Assembly: GCF_037042905.1 (NCBI RefSeq)
Contig: NC_087250.1
Span: 12,464,001-12,528,000, forward strand
DNA: 64,000 bases
From: Lytechinus pictus
Taxonomy: Eukaryota
Direction of reading: 5' to 3'
Below are positions 37,808 to 50,600 of this stretch, in pieces (the first letter of the stretch is position 1; each line of letters opens with the position of its first letter). A model generated the notes under the pieces. The model worked only from the letters and a program-made list of their open reading frames with translations. It had not been told where the DNA came from and did not search any database. Both the position numbers and the translations under genes were made by a program.

Positions 37808-38719
37808 TATATCATTATCATCGATTGAATCTCCGAATAAAAATAATCTCATTATGCCTTAAAAAAGCTTAGATAGTGCTGCACCCTGACGCACCTAATT
37901 TATCGCACAAAAAAATTGTTCTCTTCTTGTAATCTATTAAAACGGGGTCCAGAAAAAGAATCATCTAACTTGAAAAATTGGAAGCCTCCCTGATGTGTTT
38001 TAAGTGTTTCGTTTGACCATGAATATTGATTTGTATATCCAATTAATTGATATTTTCCATATGGATGATGTGAATTTGTGACACTGAGTAAAACAGAAGT
38101 CTGAAAATAGCGAATTGTATTTTCGATTGTAACTCATTTTTGTGACGGCCGTCTTTGCGGACCATCTCTATTGAAATTATTACTCTTGTACAATGATTTT
38201 TTTTTTTTTACCTTATCATTTAATCTATTCGGTTTGTGGTTCTGAATTCCGTGTATTCCGAATTATTGTGGAGAAAAGAGAGAAGAAAAAAATGGAAAGA
38301 ATCTTCCTTTATTCTCGGCCATCCAGTGTCAGCTTCCCATCTGCAAAAACCTAAGAGTGAAACTCAAACCATGACAAACAAGAGTAGTAACACAATTCCT
38401 TGCCCCGGAACAACGAAAGCTAGTGATTGAACATAAAGACGATTTACACGTTTGATGTAATTGATTATGGCGTGTGATCAGTTGTAAACTCATACCTACG
38501 ATCCTCATACCTACGATTTATGTTACCAGGTCCACGGTATCAAAGAGGAGACTAACTTCTTTATCTCCTGGGGAAGAGCCGGAGTATCATTGGTAGTATC
38601 TGATAGTGTGTGGCAAGGAAGAATTTATTGCATCTTTTTTGGCTTAACCCATTTTCTGCCGGCAAATAGTGTGTGGAGAAAGTGACGAGACCCTTAAATA
38701 ATGTAGCTACATTAGTATC

Positions 38720-39215
38720 TTCGTAACTGATTTTAAATGTCAGCATAAAGTGGCCCCTTTATACTTACAACAGCTTCTCAATGAGTATCACCGGTTAGGC
38801 AACTAAGTTCAAGTATGAGAAAGACGTTCATCCCCCTAAATGTTAATACAATGTCATATAGGCAAAGAGCGTTTCAATATTCAGTCCCTCAACACTATGG
38901 AATAAACATTCCACGACTGTTATTCTCTTGATCCATTAAGTCTATGTTAAAGCGTTACCTTTTCCAGAGATAAGTTCAAATTTTCCTAAAATTGAGGCAT
39001 TATGTAGTTCCAAATTCTCAAAATTCAGTCTCAAATATGCATAATGATGTATTTAGGTTATGTATAATGATGAATTAGGATCAATGTGATTGTTTTTCCT
39101 TTTCTCTCTCTCTCTCTCTCTCTCTCGCTCATACTACCTTTTGAGCGCGCTATGATACTTAACTGTAATTCGCGCTTCATCAAAATTAAGTATTATTATT
39201 GTTTATTATTAGTAT
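38720..39215 (+). mobile_element. Degenerate L2-like LINE 3' end
   Basis: IFKCQHKVAPLYLQQLLNEYH...RQRAFQYS...LWNK with frameshifts; (ATT)n tail. Confidence 0.72.
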
Positions 39216-41206
39216 TACATTTTCTTAGTGAAGCTGATTAAGCACGTAAACCGCTCAGGGAATTTATTGTCTACCCCATTTGCAGAAACCAAAATGTGAT
39301 TCGCCTATTTGGTTTTTACATTCCACACCAAAAAACAATTCAATAATAGGAGCTTATGTCACTTGAATGATAGAGATAATGTATTTTCCAGTAAGAGTTC
39401 AAATGCCTTACCTTACCGATGTTCCTTCTCTTTACAAAGAAAAAAATTGCCAGGGTGAACTTCCCTTTTACATCAAGTTTCTTTAAAGGAATCGTTGAAT
39501 ACCAAATTTGTTAACTCTGCAAATTACACATGACAGAATGACGAAGAAATTCTCATTTCAAGTGCGATGCAAAATACCCCGTGGGTACCTTTACCATGAA
39601 TAATGCATTACCCTTTGGTGTTCAAGTAGTCGACGTAAATATGATTTGCATTTTTTTCAAGAACAAGCTTATAGGTAAGTATACAGAAAAGGGGGAGAGA
39701 AAGAGAGGAGGAGTGAGAGATATAGAATGTGAATGTGTGAGAGACGTAGAGTTAGGGGTGGGATAGTCAATGAAGAAGAGATAAAGTGAGAGAGAGAGAG
39801 AGAGGGGGGGGGGGGATAAGAGAGAGTTCCTCTACCATGAACAATACATTACCCTTTGGTGTTCGAGTAGTCGACGCAAGTATGATTCGTCTTTTTTCAA
39901 GAGGTAAGAATACAGAAAAGGGGGAGAGAGAGGGGGTGGGACAGTGAATGGAGAAGAGATAAATTGTGTGAGAGAGAGTGAAAAGGAAGAGAGAGAAAGG
40001 GAGATGTAAGGTGTGTATATGGGAGAGATGAGAGTTAGGGGTGAGAGAATGCAGGAAGAAGGCATAAATTCATCGAGAAACATGAAATAACATTCTATAA
40101 ACTGCGACAAGCGCGCTAATCGAATCACAAGGGGAGAATAATCTAGCGCATGTTTTTGAAATTTGATATTAGCATCTGCATTTTTTGCCAGGCATTGGTT
40201 ATTGCCTAGATAATAGGGAATGATGTAGGAAATTGAAATCATTTAAAATCGGCAAATTTAATTACGGCACAATTGATTAAATACAAAAGTGCGCAATCTT
40301 TCGGTATCCAGCACTGGCGGAAATTTCGTATTTTTTTTACATCTGGGGAAGGGGAGATCGGGGGGAGGGGGAACTTGTCAATCTTTTCTTAATAGACTGC
40401 AGTTCACAACTATGGAATCAAAGCCAGGATACGCCCCCCCCCCCCCCGTTCCATGGGGACGGCTAACCGATGTATTAACATCCTTTTCAATAGTATTAAA
40501 CACAATTTAAATGTATATATTTTTTTCTTTTTATTCATTTTAATTGGACATGTCGGAGGTGTACGCTTTTTCGTCAACAATTAAGCATTCATATCAGGGA
40601 GTTGGATATAGCCGAGTTAATACCAGATGCGGGAGGTAATTTGACCTTTCCATATACAACCCTACAATTTATTAAATTTCCTCCAGTTTGATGAAGAGAA
40701 ATTATTCAAATTTGAGTCTTATTGGGTCATCCATATTAACCTCCTTTTTAAGGCATTGACCCCGAATGAAGTCCCGTCCTAGTAATCTTTTCTGTATCTT
40801 GTCTTCCCCTCCCTCTCTCTCTCTCTCTGTTTATTTCTTTTCCTGTCTATATGTTTCTTCGCTCCTCACTCGCTCTTGTCATATTTTGCCAGCGCGTGTA
40901 ATAAGAAAAGGCATTGTTTTAGCATCCTCCTCGTTTACTTGTAATGCTTTGCTAATAGGCCTAATAGGGTATTTTCAGACGGGTTCTCATTCCTATTTTC
41001 TTTGAATGGCCATTGTTTTTGCACTTGGTCGTGAAAAGCTCATCTTTCACAATAAACATCATGCCCATGCACCACCGTCAACATCACCAACAACATCGAT
41101 ACCCCCACCCATCACCATAAACATCATCAGCATCACCATCATCAGCATCAACGATCATTATCATCATGACCATCATCATCAACATCGCGGCCGTTATCAT
41201 CATCTT

Positions 41207-41427
41207 CACTCTAAAAAAGGTTTACCCAATATTGGGTAAAATGGGAACGTGCATATTTCTTGGGTAAAAAGATACCAAATATTTTGTAATTTTTACGCAA
41301 TGTTGCGTTGAAATTTACCTTTAAAACATCTATTTAGCCCAATATGGGGTAAAACAAATACACAGCAAACATGCACGTTCCCTTTCTACCCAATACTGGT
41401 TAACATTTTACTCAGTGTTTTAGAGTG
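41207..41427. mobile_element. MITE family C (CACTCTAAAAA TIR, 2-bp TSD; CMC/EnSpm-like)
   Basis: CACTCTAAAAA...TTTTAGAGTG flanked by TT; CCCAATATTGGGTAAAA motifs. Related copies near 12075-12287, 56440-56661, 60386-60611 and 63281-63536. Confidence 0.82.
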
Positions 41428-41795
41428 TTCGTCATCATCATTATCATCATCGTCATCATTATCGCCACAATCAACATTATCATCATCACGATCATCATCA
41501 CCATCAAAATAATCATCATCATCACTATCACCATCATCACTATTAGCATCATCATCATCATCATTATCATCATCACGATCATCATCATCATTATCATCAC
41601 CACGATCATCATCATCATCATCATTAACATCACCATCGCCACCTCCATCACCTCCGTCAGCGACAGCGATCATTATCAGTATCTTCGTCATCATTATCAC
41701 TATAATCACCATCATCATCACCATTTTCATCATCATCACCATCATCATCATCATTACCATCTCTACATCAGGATCCCTATCAATCACCACCATTA
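41428..41795. repeat. (CAT)n / (CAC)n trinucleotide low-complexity tract
   Basis: Visible; a matching tract at 41060-41205 lies on the other side of the family C MITE. Confidence 0.95.
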
Positions 41796-41931
41796 AAACC
41801 ACTACCACAGCCGCCTTGCTCACCAAAATGTTTTGTCATTATCAGCGTCAGCTGTTTAATCCTTCACACATGTAAGATAAAGATCTAAACAATTGTGATT
41901 TCATGTAATAACATAAGAACAAGGAAAATGG

Positions 41932-42988
41932 CAGTCAGTCCGCAAGCCCTGAAAAAGTAGCTTCTTTTATCCAAGTGATATTCATGACTAGAGGGTTTTT
42001 GCATAGTTAATGAGCTTGGTGCGAACCAAAACACCTCTTTTTATTCGGCCATTGCTGCTCTAAATATTGGCCAAATTTCATGTTTTTGGTATCTTTGTAA
42101 AGAAGAAGAATCATTCTTTTAGGTCATGTGTTTGAATTTTTAAAAGGACGTTGTAATATAGGAAAAACTTTTGATCTAAAACATGAAACAAAATATTTTT
42201 TTCATGCAACAAAAGTTGTTGTTTTCACACTTAATTTCTGTTTGGGCACAAATGATTTTTAAATCATGATAAAGCTAAAGATCTAAGCTTTAATATGATA
42301 TAATTTTTATAAGAAGACGTATTTTAGATGGGTCAGCAGCCAGCTTTTCATAGGCCAAGTACATTTTGCAGCTCAAAAACAAGAATACTGCCCTCTGATT
42401 GGTCATAGAGACCACACACCCATGCAAATTCCAATGTTCCCCACACTGGGCCTCTGCAAGGTCACACTCACCATGTGGTAATCTCTTCAAATTACCCGCG
42501 CCTGTTTGTTTTGAAAACAGTATTCAGCCAATCAGAATTCTGAATTTTATGTTACTCAGAAATTTCAGAAATCTCGTCTTGCATCTTGATGGAAAAAGCT
42601 GACTGCTGACCCATCTAAAAGATGCCACATAGAGTTTGAGCTTTCTGATGATATAGATAATGTTGGTGCCTAAAACACAAAATGTTGCACAATTTGCAAG
42701 TGAAAACAGAGGAAGAAAATTCTGTTTGATGCATCTTTTCAGGTAAAAAATTCACTTATTTATCAAAATATTTCATTCAAAAGAAATGACCAATATAAAA
42801 GAGTAACATTAACTCTTGCCCATGGTACAAAAATAATCAATATTACTCAAGGAAAAAGTGGTTAAATTCTTTTGAGAAAAAAAGTCTCACAATTCACGAG
42901 ATTTTACAGGGACATGAATTCAGCCACGAGAGGACTTGGATAAATCTTGCTCATTTGCTCATTAACACAGGGGCTTGCCGACTGACTG
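41932..42988. mobile_element. 1.06-kb non-autonomous DNA transposon with 4-bp TSD ATGG
   Basis: CAGTCAGTCCGCAAGCCC / GGGCTTGCCGACTGACTG TIRs; ATGG at 41928-41931 and 42989-42992; internal inverted-repeat unit at 42322-42620. Confidence 0.8.
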
Positions 42989-43374
42989 ATGGGGATGTGA
43001 CATTATCAGTCCATCTAATGCATATTCATGACAATGTGCATATAACTGTTTTCACAATATATTGCTAAACTTTAAAATTCAATAACTTTGCTATTTTGTT
43101 ATCAGATTTTGATGAAACTTTCAGCATTCTGTTTTGTGAATCTTACTCTATTTATTTAGATTAAATATGTTCAGCTCGGAGTATCCCTTTAAGTTTATTC
43201 ACAATGAAGTCTTTCTCGATGGTCGGTGAATCAGATAAGCAGTTTCGCCCAACGTTTCAGAGCTGACGCGAATCATCGTTTGTGCAGAGTCACGGAGGGA
43301 ACTGGCGTTCGATCCAACGGCCCTCGACAAAGACCTCATTGTCATGAAGGGCATTTGGAAAATATTCCCTATGT

Positions 43375-43472
43375 TTTTTAACGCTTCCGATGGCTGGAGC
43401 ACTCTTCCTGGCCGCCTTGGTTGCCAACTGCCTTCCCTCCGGTAGATTTGCGAGCCGTCTGCTTGGTGCCAT
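43375..43472 (-). pseudogene. H3: Histone H3 5' fragment (N-terminal tail only), two deletions
   Basis: Minus strand ATGGCA/CCAAGCAGACGGCTCGCAAATCTACCGGAGGGAAGGCA/GTTGGCAACCAAGGCGGCCAGGAAGAGTGCTCCAGCC encodes TKQTARKSTGGKA and QLATKAARKSAPAIGSVKK in different frames; truncated after about residue 37. Confidence 0.92.
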
Positions 43473-43567
43473 GGTTGGTTACTTGTCTGATGGTAAGCCT
43501 GCGAATCGAACGTAGAAAACGAGATGATGTTCCAGAAAGCGTCTGCGTTGCTAGTGCTAAAACACTC

Positions 43568-43800
43568 TTACCACCTCCTTGAGCATCATCACAATTGTCC
43601 ATTATAATAATTATTATGATAATAATTATTATAATGGACAATTATGAGCCATTACCACCTCTTCGTTCATCATCATAATTGTCCATTATAATAATTATTA
43701 TCATAATAATTATTATAATGGACAACTATGAGCCATTACCACCTCTTCGAGCATCATCATAAGTGTCCATTATTTTAATAATTATTATGAATTATAATGA
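43568..43800. repeat. ~84-bp minisatellite (about 2.7 units), each with an AT-rich palindrome
   Basis: Unit TTACCACCTC...AATTGTCCATTATAATAATTATTAT(G/C)ATAATAATTATTATAATGGACAA. Confidence 0.85.
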
Positions 43801-45005
43801 AGGAGGCGGTAATGGTGATATTTTAGAGAGCTTTCGCACTAGCAACGCAGATATCAACAAAAACACAAGTGTGACTTTCACCAAAAATCGCGGCTATATC
43901 ACAATCTCTTTAATTATTGTTATTTCAACACTACACGGCATTTATTACCGTTAGGTCGTATGTTCAGATGAATTACAAGACACTGCAGAGAATATCTGGC
44001 GACAACAATATATCGAGTGAAATCTGAGTCTTCTTTAATCCATGGCGATTCGATGTGTCTCTTGGTAAGACGTTTATGCCATTGGATCGTGTCCTGAATT
44101 TTAGCAACCCCATGTGACGTATGACTAGAAAGAGAAATGGGTATGGAAAAATATATATATTTCACATTTTTTGTGCAGTAGGCATTGAATGAATGCTGTT
44201 CGAAATCATAGAATTCTGATTCTGAAAAGTATTGCCCAAAATCATGGAAATAGCATTCTTTAATGAAGCAAAATTGGCAACTCGCGATTTACAGAGATTA
44301 AAGATTATATTTAAAGATTGTGTTATATCCATATTTCATTCTCTGCTCTTATTACACAATTTATATTATGTAAAGAAGTGAGTTTTCATTGATTTCATGG
44401 TACAAGACTTAAAAAAAATGGGTTGTAACCTCTTCATTTTGATATACAATGATTACGTCCACAATTAAATGATTGATTCAGAATAAGAGTTCACCTCCTT
44501 CACCTCCCCCCCCCCCCCAACAACAAAAAAATCAACGATTGAAATGAATAGAATAGTGCAGGGTTTTGCTGGGCAACATACAGATGATTTAAGAACGGAG
44601 AAAATGTATTGTCTAATGCTTATTCATGACAAACAACAAAGAAATCTTTGTCAAACACCTGTCTTGCCCTGAAATCTGGATACACGAAATACTTTCATTT
44701 TCCTTCTCGTTAGCTTTGAAACCGAAGACGGAACCGCTTTTCCGGATCACCTATTTTTTTCTACAAAGACCTTCCATCTATCCTGTGTCATTTAACGGGC
44801 ATTGTCAAGACATTACTATGTTATTGAGCCTTATACATGTAGGCCGCAGAACGAAATAAACATCCCTATTATATACTGTGTTTCAAAAGAAACTGATCAA
44901 ACAGATTCAAACGGTTTCCAGACTATCACCCTCTTACCGGGGCATCTCCTGGGGGATATTTGTGTGACTGTGTTATCGTTCCAGTCATTTGAAGTTTGAT
45001 GTTAA

Positions 45006-45605
45006 AGGTCAAGTCCACCCCAGAAAAATGTTGATTTGAATAAATGGAGAAAAATCGAACTAGCATAGCGCTGAAAATTTCACTAAAATCGGATGTAATA
45101 TAAGAAAGTTCTGAAAATTTCAAAGTTTCGCTTATTTTTTTTACAAAACAGTGAGATGCATAATTCAATGAAAAGCAATGATGTCTTTCACTCCTTATTT
45201 CTTTTGGTTTTTGTTGTTTGAATTAGGCCCTATGCAATATTTCATTTTTTACATATTTGACAATAAGGACCAACTTGACTGAACAATATCGTATTAAACA
45301 ATGCTAATTCCACATGTTCAGGGATGAATTAATCGTTGTTTCAAATGACAACGAGGAGAAAATTAGAATATTTCATATTTCATTTAATGAAATAAAAAAG
45401 AAATAGTGACTGTGGATGACGTCATCAGTCTCCTCATTTGCATACCGACCAGGATGCACAAATTGCTTTTTTTGTGAAATTAAGCAAAACTGAAATATGT
45501 CATAACTTTTTTATTTTAATCTGATTTGATGAAATTTTCTGTGTTATGCTTGTTGGATTATCTCTTTTTATTCGAATTAACGTTTTGTCGGGGTGGACTG
45601 TAACT
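45006..45605. mobile_element. MITE family F (TTAA-AGGTCAAGTCCACCCC, Kolobok-like)
   Basis: Homologous to 61590-62192 in opposite orientation; fragments also near 14680-15000 and 42993-43192. Confidence 0.8.
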
Positions 45606-45628
45606 TCATGTTAGCTCCGTTCTGACTG

Positions 45629-46060
45629 AGCCAGTCATCACACTTATTCCGAATCAAGCAGAATTGGCTTGAATGAAAGGACTATTGTTTGACCATCAGT
45701 TGGTCATTTAAATCTACTTCGAACACCGTTCGAAAATATCCCTCGAATGTTTTGAACATGACCATAACCTTCTGGACGGCCAAAAGAAATGACAAAAATA
45801 TTTCGAATGCACTCAGAATGCAGTCAGGATATTTAGCATGCCCCTAGAATGTCCAAGAACGTAGCACGAATTATCAATCTGACTCCATTGCGGTTCATTT
45901 TGACTAGTGTATGATGATACACGTGGTCAATTGACTGAATTTCAACTCCAGTTTGGTGAATTCATAAGTTCCTCCCAAAAATTTCTAGAGTTTTTGAATA
46001 TTTATTTCTTTCCAGCTTCTGCTTGATTCCTGCTGATTCCGAATAAGTGTGATGGGGGCT
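45629..46060. mobile_element. MITE with CATCACACTTATTCCGAATCA inverted ends
   Basis: Inverted match between 45636-45656 and 46034-46054. Confidence 0.65.
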
Positions 46061-47195
46061 TTAAGCATGCTGTGACAGAAAGACATATGTAATAAACTGG
46101 GAAGTTTGTTTTATTCTCATCTCATTTTCATCGGTCTTAATTTCAATGTCCATGCTATGACCATGGACCTTCACAGTAGTAGGTCCATGCTATGACAAAA
46201 CATTCAGAAACCAATTGATGTGACGGGCTAGAGCCTCGTTGTGATTGAACCCATCTCTTAATTATTGACATGTGCTTAGTAAGCTATTATTCTTTCCTAT
46301 CCACTTTCAATTTATATATACATATAATGTTTTCCCTCAGCTCTTTTGAATAGTTACATTATAGTTTCTTCCTCTACTTTCCTCCCATATCTCATACAAG
46401 CTCAGCTCCAATTTTTCCTTCCTTATTCAGGCGATATAATAATTATTATATATATATTTTTTTCTCCACTCACCCCTTTTAGATTTACCACATTTGCTTA
46501 TTTACATGTATACTATGGTTTCTTCATAATACACCCCCTCTCTTCTATATTTGCTTTTACCTTTTAGACAATTTGCTTCCTCTTTTCACATATACAGGTT
46601 TTTTTTGTTTTTTTTCCTACTATATAGTCTTGTGTGTTTTTTCCCGTCACACCTAGCGGATTACAATATCAGATACACCATATGTGTATTTACATTTTTT
46701 CATATACATTTCTTTTTTTGATATATTTATATACATATCACTTATAGATACATATTTACACTTACCTTCTTCTCTTAGTTTGTTTAATGCTTATCATATA
46801 TACTTATATGTCTTTTGTACATTATCAGTTGTTCCCCATTCTTTTCCCTTTTCCCCCATTCTTATGCACCAGTTTATTATGCCTTTCTTTGTAACCTGTT
46901 TGACCCACCTCTCACTAATTCTCTTGTTATTCATCTCTTCGTACTGTTTTGTTTCAGATCCTGTTTGATGTTGCCTGCCTCATTATCTTAATCCCTCTTG
47001 GCTTGAGGTCTTTTACTGGCCTTGCTTACACTAACTTCCCTTTGTGTCTGCCTACTCCTTTTCTTTCATCCCCTTCACTAACCTGATTGGTCTTCTCTAC
47101 TCACTAATGCCCCTTTTGTCTCCTTGTTTCTAGTGTTGCTGTAGCTTGTCTGTGGTCTATATTATGGTTGTTCCACTTTATATGTTTGTCATTTT

Positions 47196-47234
47196 GCCTC
47201 CGACGAAGATTCTGCTAGGATCGAAAGCTTAGGC
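47196..47234 (+). ncRNA. Minimal hammerhead-ribozyme-like motif (Penelope-like element type), core variant
   Basis: GCC-T-CCGACGA-A-GATTCT-gct-AGGATC-GAAAGCTT-A-GGC: CUGANGA box with a U-to-C change, 6-bp stem II, GAAA box, palindromic AAGCTT stem III, GCC/GGC stem I. Confidence 0.5.
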
Positions 47235-49306
47235 CCCTTTTGACTTTCTATTATTTTAGCTGGCATGTGTGAAAATATATTGTTCGTTGTGACTGAGTGG
47301 AATTTGTGCAGTGTTCTTGTAAATTTTGATCAGTTTCTTTTGAAACCCAGTTTCTACACAATAACTACATTTTGTATCAGAGGCATAATGAGCCAAAAGT
47401 TTTGAGGGGGCTCGATATGGCGTAAAATTAATAAAAAGTTGCAAGCGAGCGAAGCGAGCGAGTAAAAATTTCGACATTGTTATTACAGATATCTAGAAAG
47501 ATAGATTTTGACATAATATTATGAAAACAATATAACATTTCACCCTTATCCCTTCCCTTTTCTCTCTTGTTTTCTTGGTCGTATTTCTATTTTTTGGAGG
47601 GGGGTGGGGGGACAGAGCCCCCACCCCCATCTGTACGCCCGTGGTTTGTATGGCCAGTGAGTGTATGTATCGTGTCCTTCCGTATAAGAAAACATGCATA
47701 CAAAGCACCCATGCTCGGAGCATCCATTCCCCACCCATTTAATCTAAACTTCATTTTTTAAACTTAATCAAGTTTGGCGAGGACAATTTCGTTCTGTCAA
47801 TTTCATTGTAGCAGAAAATTGGTAATTGAGAAGAGCCTAAGGCTGAAGAATATATTCTGGTTGAATATGATTCAGGATCGGTTTCGCTTGAAGCCACTCA
47901 AGATAAGAATCAATAATGATAATGCCATGGTTACCATGGTAACGTAAAGACGATTGACGTATTGGTAGAATATATTGGATGAATTCGTAAGGTTGATATA
48001 ATTTAGAAAAGTGGACCGAAGTAAATGTACATTCTTTCTTTAAAAAGGACCCCCATGTTGTTAGTTTTGATATACAAATTTATAATGTTAATCGCGAGAT
48101 TGAATTGGATTTATTAACAAACGTCCATTACTTTGACGCGAACATTTTGTTTTACAATATATACAGTGATAACATAAGGGAGATTGAATACAAAATAAAA
48201 ATTGTATGTTTTAAGCGATTTTATGCAGCAGGTGTAGGACGTGCGTTACTGATAGAATTAAACATTTAACGGTTATTAGACCAAATAAGGTGGTTGGTAC
48301 AATGATAGAGAGATAAGAAAAATGAGGGAGATGGGCCTCATTACAGGTAAAAGTAAAGATGAAATTCACTATAATTTGAGCGGGATGACTGCTACATGTA
48401 AGCATGGTGCTATTATAGCTCCATGATGTAAGCATAAATCAAACTATATCATCTCGGGACTGTATGTTTTGCAATAACAGTTAAAAGCTACTGAAATCCT
48501 TCAATCTGATTGGCTTGGAGAAAAATTGTTATATGATTTGTGCATTTCTTGTAATTTAGCAAGTGTTTGTGAAACGGGACCCTGATTACGTTTGAAGAAT
48601 CACTTAAAAGAAATGAATGTCTGCATTTCACTGCAGTCACTTTAAAGAAGATGGGGGGGGGGGGCGTATACAGATGGGTGTGGATATGCAGCGTTTGTAA
48701 TATAAAAAAATATATTGCACGCGGAAATTAGATTGGGTGGTAATATGAGGTTTGGGTATTGCATTGGGTCATATTTTTCGGACATGTCGGACGGTGGCGC
48801 AAAAGCTCATTCCTTTCATAAATTAATTAACTGATAATAATTTCATGTCATCGATAAACCTTTTGTGAAAGAATTACCATAAACGAGTTTTCGCACCGGG
48901 AAGCAAAACGATCTCTAGAACACAGTAATTTTATTGAAAATGATCCTCAAATGACAATGAACAACTGTTGGCACTAAGTCAAGAATTGGTGAACCGAAAA
49001 AGCAGTTCGTCCTATTTTTCGGAGCTGATATGACAGAAATTTGCAAATATCTTGTTTGTCAAAACTGTTGTTTTGACTCACCATTTTTTTTACAAAGATT
49101 TCTTGGTTGCTCATTGTCATGAAGAGTATTTCAAAGGAAATTTTCTATGATCCTGAAATAGTTCTGCGTAGTTGTGTGTAAACTCCCGTTATCCGACGCA
49201 CACCCTCACACATTCACTTATATACACCTTCTTCTTCTTATTGTTATTCTCTCTCTCTCTCTTTCCCTATCTTTCACTCTCTTACCCATCCTCACACACA
49301 CATATA

Positions 49307-50372
49307 CAGTGCGTATACAAAAAGTTTACACTTTGAAAAAGCCATGGGAATTAAAAAATATACAACATGTGGGTAATTTGTTCACATATTATCTTGGGTT
49401 TGGGTCTCATCTATCCAATGAAAGTAAAAGTTTTGACAGAATGTTACACTTAATTGAGTGAGTACTGTCCATTTTTGTAAAGCTCGCAGAAATCTGTTTG
49501 CGCAGAAATGCTCGTTTTCACACCGTTTCAAGGGGAAAGGGCGAAATCAAACTTACCCTGCGAAACATTTCTCATACATTTCCCTTGTACTTTTAGTAAA
49601 TTTAAATAAAATGGTTACATTCAAGCATTTTGAAACAATTTTGCCACCCAAATTGAAATTTCAACACTTAGAAAGCACAACCTTTACGCTTTTTGTGCCA
49701 CCTGGATATGAGGACATAACTAAATCTGAACAAAAGTTTATATCACACATCTCCAGCATTTTTCACTAAGTTTTTATCATTTAAAGTGGGTTTACATTTC
49801 ATTTTTCATTTAATACTTGTTTCTCCACACTTTTTCAAAGCTTGACAATGATTAACAAAAATGAAAATCAAGCCTAAGCAATTTTATGTAAATAATAGCT
49901 CAATGTAAAGCAAATATCGTCACGATGGCTTTAGTGTATGGGGGAGTGGGGTGGGGCGCAATAATGATAATAATAATAATAATATAGAGTATTTCTAAAG
50001 CGCCAAATCCACATTGATTATGTGCTTACAAAGATGCACTCTTCGAGGTGTTTTGGGCAAGGAAACAATTTTAAAAGGTAAAAGATATCTTTAAATAAAT
50101 TTTACTAGCTTAATTCCACGTGTTCTTAATGATTAAGGTCTACTTTTATTCGCATAACTATATATTTCAAATTTCTGCGCAAATCATTTTTCACTAACTT
50201 TTCAAAAGTAAGTGGTGCTCACTCAAGCGGAAATATTTTTCGACAGTTACATCGTCATTTGCTTAAATGGATCTGTACCAATGTTAAAATGTGGAAAAAA
50301 TCTTCAGGATATTACAAATATATAATTTTACAGGATTCTTTCTAAGTGTAAACCTTTTTTTGATACGCACTG
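49307..50372. mobile_element. Non-autonomous Tc1/mariner-like element, TA TSD
   Basis: TA-CAGTGCGTAT...AAAAAGTTTACACTT / AAGTGTAAACCTTTTTTTGATACGCACTG-TA; no transposase ORF. Confidence 0.85.
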
Positions 50373-50600
50373 TAGTATAGATTCCAATGATAGAATTCGT
50401 AGTGTGTAAAGGAGGGGGGTGTGTATATGTGCAAGGGTCGATGGGGGTAATGTCTGTGGGCGGATGGATTGAGAGGGGAGCAAAAACATATCCTATCTCT
50501 CTCTCTACAAAAAAAGAACCCCTTGCACTTTTTCCTATAGGATCTGGAAGGCTCAAAATTGAACATTTTATAAAATTGTTACTTCACTCAACCCATTCTG

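Noticed and set aside
41386..41826. ORFs with poly-D/M/I/H runs
   Set aside because: Translations of a (CAT)n microsatellite that is itself split by a MITE.
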